Under the pieces are notes generated by a model, which did not search any database, was not told the origin of the DNA, and saw only the letters and a list, made by a program, of their open reading frames with translations. Shown here in pieces: positions 26,607-35,426 of a stretch of 35,426 nucleotides of DNA. The DNA is from Candidatus Bathyarchaeia archaeon (GTDB lineage: Archaea > Thermoproteota > Bathyarchaeia > Bathyarchaeales > Bathycorpusculaceae): positions 1 to 35,426 of the forward strand of contig JAVZLK010000014.1 in NCBI GenBank assembly GCA_038883795.1. Reading direction: 5' to 3'. The translations under genes were made by a program, and so were the position numbers. Position 1 is the first letter of the stretch. Each line of letters begins with the position of its first letter.

Positions 26607-27518
26607 TTACTTTAAGGTTGGAGCGTATGAGTCTAAATGACTTCTAGCGAAGCCAGCATACCACGCAGTCATTTTAAAGAAGGACTGTAATGGCAAAGCG
26701 AAAACAATTTTCTGTCGTGTCAATTTATAGAGCTTTAACGCATAAATAAGACCGGAAAAGATTGCAGCGGACGGAAACATGCGGTAATGTTTTATGACTC
26801 CACCATTTTTATGAAGAAAGTAATGGGTGTGATACCCCCTAACCCAATATCTAATCCACAAATCTTTCCAGGTTAAACCAAACCTCTCGTAATCAAGAAA
26901 GTACGCATCAACGGTGGATAACCGCCATCCGACTGCCCTTGTTCTAATTTCAAGATCCCAATCTTCATTGTATCCTCTTAATTTCTTATCAAAGCTACCC
27001 ACTTGCTCGAAAATTTGCCGCCTGTAAATTGCGCCTCCTGTTCCAAGCGCCTTAAAACGACCTTTATCTGAGGCGTAATCTACCATTCTTCCAGCAGCCC
27101 GTGAATATGATTCTAAGGTTGCTAGCACATTCTTTCCATGTATTAGGGCTTGTTTTCCCTTAGCGATGCCTACTTTCGGGTGTTGTTCCATAAAGTCCAC
27201 AAGTTTTTTGATGAAATCTTTTGACAAAACCATATCGCCGTCGACCCAAACGATGTATTTGCCTTCTGCATTATTGACCACAACATTCCTTGAATAGCCT
27301 AACCCTTTCCATTCATGATGAAATATTTTGACTTTCATATCCATTTTTGAAGCATAATCATTTATAATAGAAAGCGTATTGTCAGTGCTGCCATCATCAA
27401 CAAAAATAACCTCCATTAGTTCATGAGGATAATCTTGGGCCATAACACTTTCAATAGCCTCACGAAGAGTAGAAGCACCATTTCTCACACAAATCCCTAT
27501 AGTAACTTTCGGTTTCAT
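26607..27518 (-). CDS. Glycosyltransferase family 2
   Basis: KVTIGICVRN, FVDDGSTD, WVDGD and NEDWD. ATG 27518 is preferred as the start. Confidence 0.92.
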   Translation of the reverse strand: MKPKVTIGICVRNGASTLREAIESVMAQDYPHELMEVIFVDDGSTDNTLSIINDYASKMDMKVKIFHHEWKGLGYSRNVVVNNAEGKYIVWVDGDMVLSKDFIKKLVDFMEQHPKVGIAKGKQALIHGKNVLATLESYSRAAGRMVDYASDKGRFKALGTGGAIYRRQIFEQVGSFDKKLRGYNEDWDLEIRTRAVGWRLSTVDAYFLDYERFGLTWKDLWIRYWVRGYHTHYFLHKNGGVIKHYRMFPSAAIFSGLIYALKLYKLTRQKIVFALPLQSFFKMTAWYAGFARSHLDSYAPTLK

Positions 27519-27526
27519 ATTCAACA

Positions 27527-28429
27527 CTACATATCTAAGACAATATTATGTCCATATCCATCTATGTGCGCTCTAAGAAAACCAAAAAACCATGCAATTT
27601 TCTTGAAGATATATTGTATTGGAAACAAGAACGCTATTTTTCGCCCCGTTATCTTATATGCAACAATAGTCCTCTTAAAGCCCTCTAAAAACGTGGAAAA
27701 CCGCCTATTTCTACCATGCTTATGCATAAAATAGTGTCCGCCATAACCATACCAGAAATTCTCATTCCAAATATCTTTCCACGTTCCCTTACGCCTATCA
27801 CAAAAGACAGCATCAGTAATAAAATAGGTTAACCATCCAAAATCCCCCATTCTATATTCTGCATCTAAATCTTCAAGCGCCCCTTTTATGCGGGTATCAA
27901 GACCACCTATTTGTCGTAGCGCTTCGACTCTATATATGCATCCGCCCGCGCGGTGAAGGTTAGGTCTTGTGCTTGCTTTTCCTCCATAAATATGATCCAA
28001 AACAATCCATTCCACGCTTTCTAATGACGCAATTAAATTTTCGCCCGGATAACTTTGAAACTTTCCTCCGGCAATTCCCACTTTTGGATTATTCTCCATA
28101 AATTCAACTTGTTTACTGACATGATTTTGGGCTAACACTATGTCCCCATCAACCCACAAAATATAATCACCAGCTGCATTGTCAACAACAATTTGTCTTG
28201 CAAACCCTAATCCTTTATCCTCAAAGAAAAACTTAGCCTCGATATCAGAGGAGCTTAAAATTTCTTTTACAATCTGCATAGTCTTGTCGTTGCTATACCC
28301 ATCTACAACAATTATTTCCATAAGTTCATGGGGATAATCTTGTTTGATAATGCTGTCTAACGCCTCTTTCACCGTAGCCTCACAGTTTTTAATACAAAAA
28401 CCGATAGTAACCTTAGGTCTCAGTTGCAT
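27527..28429 (-). CDS. Glycosyltransferase family 2
   Basis: KVTIGFCIKN, VVDGYSND, WVDGD and LEDLD; tandem paralog of the downstream GT2. Confidence 0.92.
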   Translation of the reverse strand: MQLRPKVTIGFCIKNCEATVKEALDSIIKQDYPHELMEIIVVDGYSNDKTMQIVKEILSSSDIEAKFFFEDKGLGFARQIVVDNAAGDYILWVDGDIVLAQNHVSKQVEFMENNPKVGIAGGKFQSYPGENLIASLESVEWIVLDHIYGGKASTRPNLHRAGGCIYRVEALRQIGGLDTRIKGALEDLDAEYRMGDFGWLTYFITDAVFCDRRKGTWKDIWNENFWYGYGGHYFMHKHGRNRRFSTFLEGFKRTIVAYKITGRKIAFLFPIQYIFKKIAWFFGFLRAHIDGYGHNIVLDM

Positions 28430-28453
28430 AATAACACCTCAACAAATTGGATT

Positions 28454-29254
28454 TCAATGGGCAAGACAAAGCTTCTTAACTAAAACTCCAATATTTGCTC
28501 CTGCTAACCTCAAGGGAGGAAAATGTTTCGCAAAAAAGTTTTCAAGCCTATTTGAAATTACTTGAAGAGGCCATTCTATTTTTAAAAGTTTTCTAACTCT
28601 TGGCGGGAGATGTAAGAAATCAACACTCCTCAGCGCAATTACTTCTACTTTGTGCTGATTTAGAAGTTTCCTAAGTTTAAACACATGAAATATACGCTCT
28701 TTTTCAACGGAAACATGGGACTTGACATAACCAGGCTGTCCTATTAGAAGCAGAATCATGTTTTCGAAAAACGCGGTGCTTAAAAAGTTTGGAACGGTTA
28801 GGCATAAATATCCCGATTTTTTAGTAACTCGAACCAACTCGCTGAAAGCTTTCTCGTAATCTGGGACATGCTCCAAGGTCTCGGAACAAACCAAAACGTC
28901 ACCGCCATTCTCCTTAAATGGGAGAAACTGAGCATCACCCACAATGAAATTTACTCGATTCTGCAAGCCAAATTTTTTAGCCAAGTCTTTAGCTATGTGA
29001 ATAGCTTTTGATGAAACATCAAGACCAACAACTTCTTCACAACTCTTAGAGATGTTCAAAAGAAAGCCGCCGAGGCCGCAACCAACCTCGATAACTATTT
29101 TCCCGTTTAGGTCTCGAAAATTCGAACATAACATTTCAATTACAAGCTGATACCACGGGTCAACCAGGGAAAGCTTATCCTTGATAAATTTAGACGAAAA
29201 GTCATCGTCTATTATAACCAATTCTCCACCAACGAAACAATTAACAACAGACAA
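28454..29254 (-). CDS. Class I SAM-dependent methyltransferase
   Basis: IEVGCGLG motif I, GLDVS, GDAQFLPF and SETLEHV. The start is uncertain. Confidence 0.9.
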   Translation of the reverse strand: MSVVNCFVGGELVIIDDDFSSKFIKDKLSLVDPWYQLVIEMLCSNFRDLNGKIVIEVGCGLGGFLLNISKSCEEVVGLDVSSKAIHIAKDLAKKFGLQNRVNFIVGDAQFLPFKENGGDVLVCSETLEHVPDYEKAFSELVRVTKKSGYLCLTVPNFLSTAFFENMILLLIGQPGYVKSHVSVEKERIFHVFKLRKLLNQHKVEVIALRSVDFLHLPPRVRKLLKIEWPLQVISNRLENFFAKHFPPLRLAGANIGVLVKKLCLAH

Positions 29255-29343
29255 TTCATTAAACGAAATTTATAAAAATCTATTCCTGAAGTACTGGCGA
29301 GACGTGAAATTTTATTTCAAACTTAATAAAATCTGCACTATTT

Positions 29344-30342
29344 TTACTCGATCTGATTTTTGTATGCTCTAGCAATTGCTTCTAAATCCCTTAACGCATC
29401 TTCACCTGAAAGTCGATTCTCTTTATTATCATCATTTACATAGTCAACGAAGCGCGAAAGTTCTTTTAAATAAGGTATGAAAAACTTTGGTGTTTTACCC
29501 AAAATTAGCTTAATCGCAGTAATTACTTTGCTTGAAGGAGAATGATAAGCTCGAGCCTGCGACACTGTTCCAAAAAGTTCAACACCTATTGCAGCGCTTT
29601 GCGAAAACCATCCAACGTTTATAATCGCGGATGCCCCAAATTCAAAGTCCACAATGCAAGTTGCACAGTCTTCAAAGTCAAAATTGAACCGGTAGCCCAA
29701 GCGGGCTTTTACGTCTGAAACTTCTCCAAAATACCATCGTAACAAGTTTATCATGTGACAGCCCAAATCCATAAGGGCGCCACCGCCAGTCAACTCTTTG
29801 TTCAGCCACCATTCAGGGACTGGATGGGGAGTGGTACTTTCTGCCCTGTGAAAGAAGGGACCTGCACCGATATCGACCGCGTAAGCAAATTGTATTTCGC
29901 CTAGCACACCACTTTCCAGTTGTCTCTTCAAATTTACAAATTCAGCAGAATACCTTAAAGGATATCCCACCATAAATTTAACGTCATGTTTATTGACGGC
30001 GGAGATTATCTCCTTTCCTTCTTTAGGATTTCTTGCAAGTGGTTTCTCTAGAAAAACATGCTTCTCTTCTTCCATTGCATTTATTGCGCAATCTGCGTGT
30101 AAATGTGTTGGAAGCGAGATTATTACGGCGTCCAAATCTTTAAGCTTCAGAAGCTCACGGTAATCGATGAACAAATTTTTAACTCCAAATTCCTTGGCAT
30201 AGTTTAAAGCCTTCTTTGACGTGTCAGCCGCAGCCACCACCCTCACAGACTTCAACTTTAAACAGTTCCTTAGGTGAACCTTACCTATAAAGCCGAGACC
30301 AATCAGTCCCAAATTGAGTTTTTCCATTTCTACCACAGACAC
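29344..30342 (-). CDS. Gfo/Idh/MocA family oxidoreductase
   Basis: GLIGLGFIG, LPTHLH, LEKPL and GGGALMDLGCH. Confidence 0.92.
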   Translation of the reverse strand: MSVVEMEKLNLGLIGLGFIGKVHLRNCLKLKSVRVVAAADTSKKALNYAKEFGVKNLFIDYRELLKLKDLDAVIISLPTHLHADCAINAMEEEKHVFLEKPLARNPKEGKEIISAVNKHDVKFMVGYPLRYSAEFVNLKRQLESGVLGEIQFAYAVDIGAGPFFHRAESTTPHPVPEWWLNKELTGGGALMDLGCHMINLLRWYFGEVSDVKARLGYRFNFDFEDCATCIVDFEFGASAIINVGWFSQSAAIGVELFGTVSQARAYHSPSSKVITAIKLILGKTPKFFIPYLKELSRFVDYVNDDNKENRLSGEDALRDLEAIARAYKNQIE

Positions 30343-31250
30343 TAGACTAAACGTTTATCTAAACCCAATTTACAAGCAACCCTATACCCCAAAGCTATGG
30401 TCTTTTCAGAAAGACCTCTGCGAGGAAATCTTTTCTTAAAATAGTCTAGATTCGCCCCCTTAACAACAAATGAAGTCTTTCCTAGGCCTCCACCCTCCGC
30501 TAACCTTAAATGAACCACTGATTTAGGATTGACACCCATGATTATTGCAGCCACCGCATCAGTTGCCACAGGATCTCGGCTTGCCATCACAAACCCCAAC
30601 CTCAACGTTTTGGAACCGCAAACAGTCAAGCCATCAAGCACATGCAAATCAAATGGCATAACCTTATTCAAGGCAACAATCACCTCATCAATTTTAGAAT
30701 GATACTCAAACTTTTTCGGGTAAGGATTACATCCATAAATATTCTTTAGAGCAGCAGAGATCTTCGTGAAACTCATATACTTCATCTTCGGAACATTCAC
30801 CCGCAAATCCGCATCTCTAACGATTTTAGGAATCAAAAACTCGAAAACTTCACCATTTACCTTGACAGAAGCCTTTTCTGACTCAACGTTAGAAAGGTTA
30901 ACCAAATTTACACCGTACTCTTTTGCAAGCTTCTCGTAACCCAAATACTTGAATGCATACTTACATTTCATGGCAGAAGCATCGGATTCCACAATAGAAA
31001 CTTCAACATCGCGAGAAATCTCCTCACGAAACAAATCTATCAAAGCAGCAACAAAAACCGGGTCCGTAGTCTGCCCTGTAGACCAATCCCAATAATAACA
31101 CATGTTTGGCTTAATGACTATCTTTCTCGCTTTAGGAAGCGGATAATCGATTAACTTAAGTGCTTCCTTAACTGCCTCTTTAATTGAATTGACATTTCGA
31201 CTTTTACATTCAACCAATCCAACCAAGCTCAACAAATTCACCTTCCCCAA
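30342..31250 (-). CDS. DUF362 domain protein
   Basis: IVIKPN, TTDP, NVPKMK, ALKNIYG and DPVATD motifs. Confidence 0.85.
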   Translation of the reverse strand: MGKVNLLSLVGLVECKSRNVNSIKEAVKEALKLIDYPLPKARKIVIKPNMCYYWDWSTGQTTDPVFVAALIDLFREEISRDVEVSIVESDASAMKCKYAFKYLGYEKLAKEYGVNLVNLSNVESEKASVKVNGEVFEFLIPKIVRDADLRVNVPKMKYMSFTKISAALKNIYGCNPYPKKFEYHSKIDEVIVALNKVMPFDLHVLDGLTVCGSKTLRLGFVMASRDPVATDAVAAIIMGVNPKSVVHLRLAEGGGLGKTSFVVKGANLDYFKKRFPRRGLSEKTIALGYRVACKLGLDKRLV

Positions 31251-32350
31251 GCAACATAACGTCGTCCAAACAAATAGGTTACCAAGCCACCCGCCAAAAT
31301 AACGTTATCAATGAAAAGCTCAATAAAGACCCGCCGCGCCAAAACCAACAAACCCAAAACTGAAAAAATAATCGCTAGACTAAAGGAAGAAAAAGGATTC
31401 AAAACTATTAAGGCTATGCTGCTACCTGTTGTTATCAAAAAGATTATGGGGTTAAAAATGAAGAAGACTACTTCAGGTACCGCTATCTTTTTCGGAAGAG
31501 AAAGCCTCCCCTTAACCATAAGCTTTAAACATTTAACCCACAAACCAATCAGCTGATTAGCACGACGAGCCTTAGTCTTAAACTTCGCGGATAAACTTGG
31601 CGGAAAACCAGTATAGAATACTGCTTCAGGAACCAATATGCTCCTATAGCCTCTAGAAACCACCCTCAAAGCCGTCCCAGAATCATCAGAGCCTGTCTCG
31701 CAGTCAAAAAGGTCGAAGGCATCTCGCTTATAGGCACAGAACCCGCCCTCAAACCTTATGGTTGAGTGAATCTTTGATTCGCCAAGCCTAACAAAATTAG
31801 CAAATTGCAAGTAGGATTCTTCAGCCCTAGTAACCCAAGACTCACCAACATTCACGTTTACACTCCTCCCCGTAACCGCGCCAACCTTCGGATCAGCCAA
31901 AAAAGGCAACGCCTTACGCAAAATATCCGGAGGCCACCGCGTATCAGCATCAGAAACCACAACGATAGGCTTAGTTGAAGCAGGCAATGCTTTATTCAAA
32001 GCCGCCGACTTCCCAGCCCGAGGATTCTGCCTCACCAACTTAATGACTAAGTCAGAGCGTTTCCGCATAAAACCTTCAACCTTATCCGCAGTACCATCGT
32101 CTGAGGAGTCATCAGCAACAATTACCTCCATCTTCTCCTTTGGATATAAAACATTCTCTATGTTTTCCAGTTTAGATTCAATATTTGTTTCCTCATTATG
32201 GACGGGAACCAATATAGATATTTCAGGCTCAAAACCCTCATTCACTTGGATATCCCAAGGCTTTCCAGAATATTTCTTGATATAAAGATAGTAGGTAAGA
32301 TAAGTTCCTAAGAAAATGGATAAAGAACATAAGAAAACAAGTTCCAACAT
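31238..32350 (-). CDS. Membrane-bound GT2 (PgaC/IcaA/cellulose synthase-like)
   Basis: N-terminal TM, ILVPVHNEE, DDSSDD, GKSAALN, SDAD, SDDS and C-terminal TM helices. Confidence 0.88.
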   Translation of the reverse strand: MLELVFLCSLSIFLGTYLTYYLYIKKYSGKPWDIQVNEGFEPEISILVPVHNEETNIESKLENIENVLYPKEKMEVIVADDSSDDGTADKVEGFMRKRSDLVIKLVRQNPRAGKSAALNKALPASTKPIVVVSDADTRWPPDILRKALPFLADPKVGAVTGRSVNVNVGESWVTRAEESYLQFANFVRLGESKIHSTIRFEGGFCAYKRDAFDLFDCETGSDDSGTALRVVSRGYRSILVPEAVFYTGFPPSLSAKFKTKARRANQLIGLWVKCLKLMVKGRLSLPKKIAVPEVVFFIFNPIIFLITTGSSIALIVLNPFSSFSLAIIFSVLGLLVLARRVFIELFIDNVILAGGLVTYLFGRRYVAWGR

Positions 32351-32379
32351 TCTAAATCGCTACTCTCGCTAATCACGTG

Positions 32380-33282
32380 TTACAACATTTTTTCCCTAAG
32401 TAGCTTAAAAGTTCCAGTAGCATGCTTTTCTTTTGAGATGCCTACCGCCACGCCTTTTATGTTTGGCAAACCCGCTATGTAGTCCACAGCCTCTTCAGGC
32501 TTCAAATAACCAGCCGCCAAAATGCTGATAGCCAAAACATTAGGTTTAGGCAGACTCTCCAAAGCTCTTTCGCATTCCTCCCTCGAAGGAACCATCTGAA
32601 AACCAACCTTGTTAAACGGCGCAGCAATCACAACATCTTCCAAGTTGATGTCCCAACCCCTAAACTTCTCGACCAACAAAGCGAAGTTGCCAGTATTAAA
32701 GCCAGGCACAATGCCAGCCCCCCAAAAGAACTCAGTATAGGATTTAAAAACCCAGTCTAAGTCTAAACCAAGACACAGATCCGTTAAAAGCTGATGAAGC
32801 AGAACAGACTCAAGCTTAGCCTTTCCGCCAGCTGAACGCCTAATCCTAGAAACTTCATAAAGCAAATAAGTTTTAACAAGCGAAGCCAAATCAGACCTCA
32901 AAACCCCATTCAAACCCGAAGCTGTGGCGCGAAGGTTTCCAGAAAAAACAATTTCTCTAACCAACTTTTTGGCTAAGCCTGGAATCCCGCCCATTGCACC
33001 TGCAAGCCTCACATACTCGTAAGCATAAGGCACAATAGCATACAAGCGCAAACTACTGTTTTCGCCGTTCTTTCGCAGAACATCTAAAATTGAGAGGGTT
33101 TTCTCGCTGACAGAGAACATAAAACCGTCTGCACCATTCTCAACCGCCAACCCTATCAGCCTAGCCGCATACTTGGGATTTGCTGGCGTATCGCCTCTAA
33201 CACGGCTTCTCTCCTGTGAAAGGTGGCTTATCCCATGAAACGGATTGTCGCCAACGAGCAAAACCTTTTCTTGGCTAACCAA
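32380..33282 (-). CDS. Conserved archaeal hypothetical protein (possible aldo-keto-reductase-like TIM barrel)
   Basis: LLVGDNPFHGISH, PFNKVGFQM and AISILAAGYL; translationally coupled within the operon. Confidence 0.7.
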   Translation of the reverse strand: MVSQEKVLLVGDNPFHGISHLSQERSRVRGDTPANPKYAARLIGLAVENGADGFMFSVSEKTLSILDVLRKNGENSSLRLYAIVPYAYEYVRLAGAMGGIPGLAKKLVREIVFSGNLRATASGLNGVLRSDLASLVKTYLLYEVSRIRRSAGGKAKLESVLLHQLLTDLCLGLDLDWVFKSYTEFFWGAGIVPGFNTGNFALLVEKFRGWDINLEDVVIAAPFNKVGFQMVPSREECERALESLPKPNVLAISILAAGYLKPEEAVDYIAGLPNIKGVAVGISKEKHATGTFKLLREKML

Positions 33283-33283
33283 T

Positions 33284-34276
33284 TTAACCAGTCCTGGTCA
33301 AAACCTCATCTATCAATCGGTCAACTTTTGCAGCTGTTTCGAAACATGGCTCTGCAGGTTTACCTTGCAAAACGGCATTTACGAAGTGTTCGTCTTCCCG
33401 GTAATATTCTGGGCTTCCAAGCCAAAAGCCAACCCTATCGCCAAGATCATGCCTAAACCACTTTTGCTTTTTCCCATTTTTCAAGCTTACCGCTAATTCA
33501 TCGCCGTTAACGCTTAAACTGCCCTCAGAACCCTCAACAAAGAAGCCTACTTCAGGCATGCGATAGCCGTCAACACACCATGAAACACTAAACTCGCCGG
33601 TGACATCGCCTGAAGCCTTAACCATGAAAAAGGCTGAATCCATAGAACCATCATTCACAACCGACTCAACCCTTGTATCTTCAACCAGTAAATCTCCGAA
33701 AAACCACAAAGCCAAATCCAACGCGTGGCAGCCCAAATCCCTAACAACCCCAACCTTCGGCGTCTGAACCTTCGAGTTACCCTTCACTCCGAAAAAGTCG
33801 GATGAATAAGCATAAGCCTTAAAAGAGAACGGCTTGCCAACAACGCCTTCATCCAACAAGTCCTTAGCCTTCATAAAAGTGACGGAAAAACGCCTCATAT
33901 AACCAACCATGTTAACGCCCACAAACTTCCGCGCCAACTCACAAAGCTCGCGGGCTTCTTTAAAATTTGAAGCAAGCGTCTTCTCAACAAACAGGTTACG
34001 CGTAATCTCACCTTCATAAAGGCTTTTAACAACTGGAAAATGCGACTCTATAGGCGTAGTCACATAAACAGCATCCAAATCAAGCCCTGAAAACTTTTCA
34101 ACACAATCCACAACATGGATATCCCTGACTGCCTTTTTCAAAAACCTTTGAATCAAATTACTTTTTTCACAAAAGGCGACAAGCTTTACCCTTGGCAAAA
34201 CGTTCAAAATACCAGCATGCAACATGCCCATCTTGCCAAAACCAACAACACCAACTCTCAATTTTTCACTCACCAT
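33284..34276 (-). CDS. Gfo/Idh/MocA family oxidoreductase
   Basis: GVVGFGKMG, TTPIESH, FVEKTL, VGYMRRF and DLGCH. Confidence 0.92.
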   Translation of the reverse strand: MVSEKLRVGVVGFGKMGMLHAGILNVLPRVKLVAFCEKSNLIQRFLKKAVRDIHVVDCVEKFSGLDLDAVYVTTPIESHFPVVKSLYEGEITRNLFVEKTLASNFKEARELCELARKFVGVNMVGYMRRFSVTFMKAKDLLDEGVVGKPFSFKAYAYSSDFFGVKGNSKVQTPKVGVVRDLGCHALDLALWFFGDLLVEDTRVESVVNDGSMDSAFFMVKASGDVTGEFSVSWCVDGYRMPEVGFFVEGSEGSLSVNGDELAVSLKNGKKQKWFRHDLGDRVGFWLGSPEYYREDEHFVNAVLQGKPAEPCFETAAKVDRLIDEVLTRTG

Positions 34277-34492
34277 TTACATCCACCGAGCTAACCATCA
34301 AAAACTAAGCGAATCGGCTATGCGGCCATACCTCACATCAAACTTTAAACAAAGAACGTCATTTATAAGCCGTAAAGTGACAAACTGCCATTAAATTGAA
34401 AAGCTTACACTCGCTTTGCATAAACATAACTTAAAACAAAATCCACAAAGGCTTGCAAATAACCAAGTCCGGTTCTTTTGTAGCTGCGCAGT

Positions 34493-34900
34493 TTATGGCT
34501 CAATCCGCTTTAGCCCTTCAACTTCCTCAAAATCCTTGTCATAACTAACAATATCCCCTATATTATTTTCTAAAGCCGCTGCAGCGTGAATTGCATCTCT
34601 AGGTTTAATTTTATATTTTTCCATAATCTCCTGCGCTTTAAAAACTGTGCTTTTCTTAACTCCCAAAAGTTTCAAGTTTGGAAAGGCCAGAAACTTCTTG
34701 CTTTCCTCCGCAGAAGGTTCGAAACCAAAAATCTTGCGGATAATCCATGCAATTTCATCCCACGTGATTGTTGCTGTACAAGCTTCAACGGTTCCTTGAG
34801 CAATTTTGAGAAGGAAATCTTTAGACTTCTTCGCTTCAATTATAACTTCAGAATCATATATGATGGGGTATAGAAACACGTTCGAATCAATGTAAAGCAA
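34493..34900 (-). CDS. vapC: PIN-domain VapC toxin
   Basis: LYIDSNVFLY, TWDEI, PRDAIHAA and SYDKDF. TTG 34900 is preferred as the start; it overlaps the antitoxin stop. Confidence 0.9.
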   Translation of the reverse strand: MLYIDSNVFLYPIIYDSEVIIEAKKSKDFLLKIAQGTVEACTATITWDEIAWIIRKIFGFEPSAEESKKFLAFPNLKLLGVKKSTVFKAQEIMEKYKIKPRDAIHAAAALENNIGDIVSYDKDFEEVEGLKRIEP

Positions 34901-35141
34901 ATCTTTCTTCAGCCTCCTGCTCCAACAACCCTTCCAAATCAATTTTTTTGGTCAACTTCTTCCCAGCCACTCGACAGAAACTTTCCACAAAATCTTTAGG
35001 GTCTACGCCTGAACGGATCACCACTTCTTTCTCTCTAACTTCCATAACAACCTCGTCGCCAGGCATTATACCAACATACTCTCTTATATCTTTTGGAATC
35101 ACTATCTGCCCCTTCTGCCCAATTCTCCTCCTAATTCTCAT
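34887..35141 (-). CDS. AbrB/MazE/SpoVT-family antitoxin
   Basis: RRIGQKGQIVIPKDIREYVGIMPGDEV signature; starts at ATG 35141, directly upstream of the PIN gene. Confidence 0.9.
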   Translation of the reverse strand: MRIRRRIGQKGQIVIPKDIREYVGIMPGDEVVMEVREKEVVIRSGVDPKDFVESFCRVAGKKLTKKIDLEGLLEQEAEERFALH

Positions 35142-35222
35142 GCTAACCACAAGGAATGAAATTGTAAAACCTATACTTAAAACTTTTTCATACACTTACT
35201 TCCAACAAAGGCGAAAAGACAA

Positions 35223-35426
35223 CTAAACAGAAACCGTCATATTAAGCCGCAAACTAACAAACCGTCCATGATACTGAAAACTGTTTACGCTAGCATTATA
35301 TAGCCATAATTCAAAGAATAGGAAACCTCGGAACTCCCCTTTCTCAGAGTCCCAAAATATCGTGTAATCAGCCATGTTTAACCAAGCACCGTTCAGCCGC
35401 AAACCAGAAAATTCAACCCTTGAAAG
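35223..35426 (-). CDS. C-terminal end of a DUF1616-like protein (truncated by the window edge; not in the ORF track)
   Basis: A 67-codon open frame from the edge reads ...FRGFLFFELWLYNASVNSFQYHGRFVSLRLNMTVSV*, which resembles DUF1616 C-termini. Confidence 0.6.
   Translation of the reverse strand, partial: LSRVEFSGLRLNGAWLNMADYTIFWDSEKGEFRGFLFFELWLYNASVNSFQYHGRFVSLRLNMTVSV

Noticed and set aside
158-35226. Numerous short antisense or overlapping ORFs in the track (e.g. 158..394, 958..1191, 5612..5956, 11979..12374, 21602..22078, 34948..35226)
   Set aside because: They are shadows of well-supported genes on the other strand or frame and have no recognisable motifs.

Overview
Archaeal genomic window; the gene families and protein styles suggest Bathyarchaeia, which is an inference. 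The main find is a 4,817-bp integrative element (5059-9883) inserted into a giant secreted surface-protein gene. It encodes two different tyrosine recombinases, a Zn-finger protein, a hypothetical protein and a P-loop ATPase. It is bounded by an 8-bp direct repeat (CTACGGTA at 5059-5066 and 9876-9883) and by 19-bp imperfect inverted arms. Removing it in silico fuses ORFs 9863..13141 and 2043..5006 into one uninterrupted 2,093-aa ORF (...WWNISWKYR|RTITINHTKVGGELTDFPVLIEII...). The junction falls in the conserved N-terminal motif of a DUF2341-type module, so integration or excision could switch between a 1,092-aa and a 2,093-aa surface protein. The rest of the window holds a ~21-kb glycosylation/glycan-modification cluster (13.3-34.3 kb: GT2/GT4 enzymes, four Gfo/Idh/MocA oxidoreductases, deacetylase, GNAT, QueC-like, CapK-like, DUF2206, DUF362, methyltransferase). 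It also has an intact AbrB-PIN toxin-antitoxin pair, a decayed PIN module, and an unexplained non-coding array of ~11.5-bp phased repeats at 1.4-1.76 kb.
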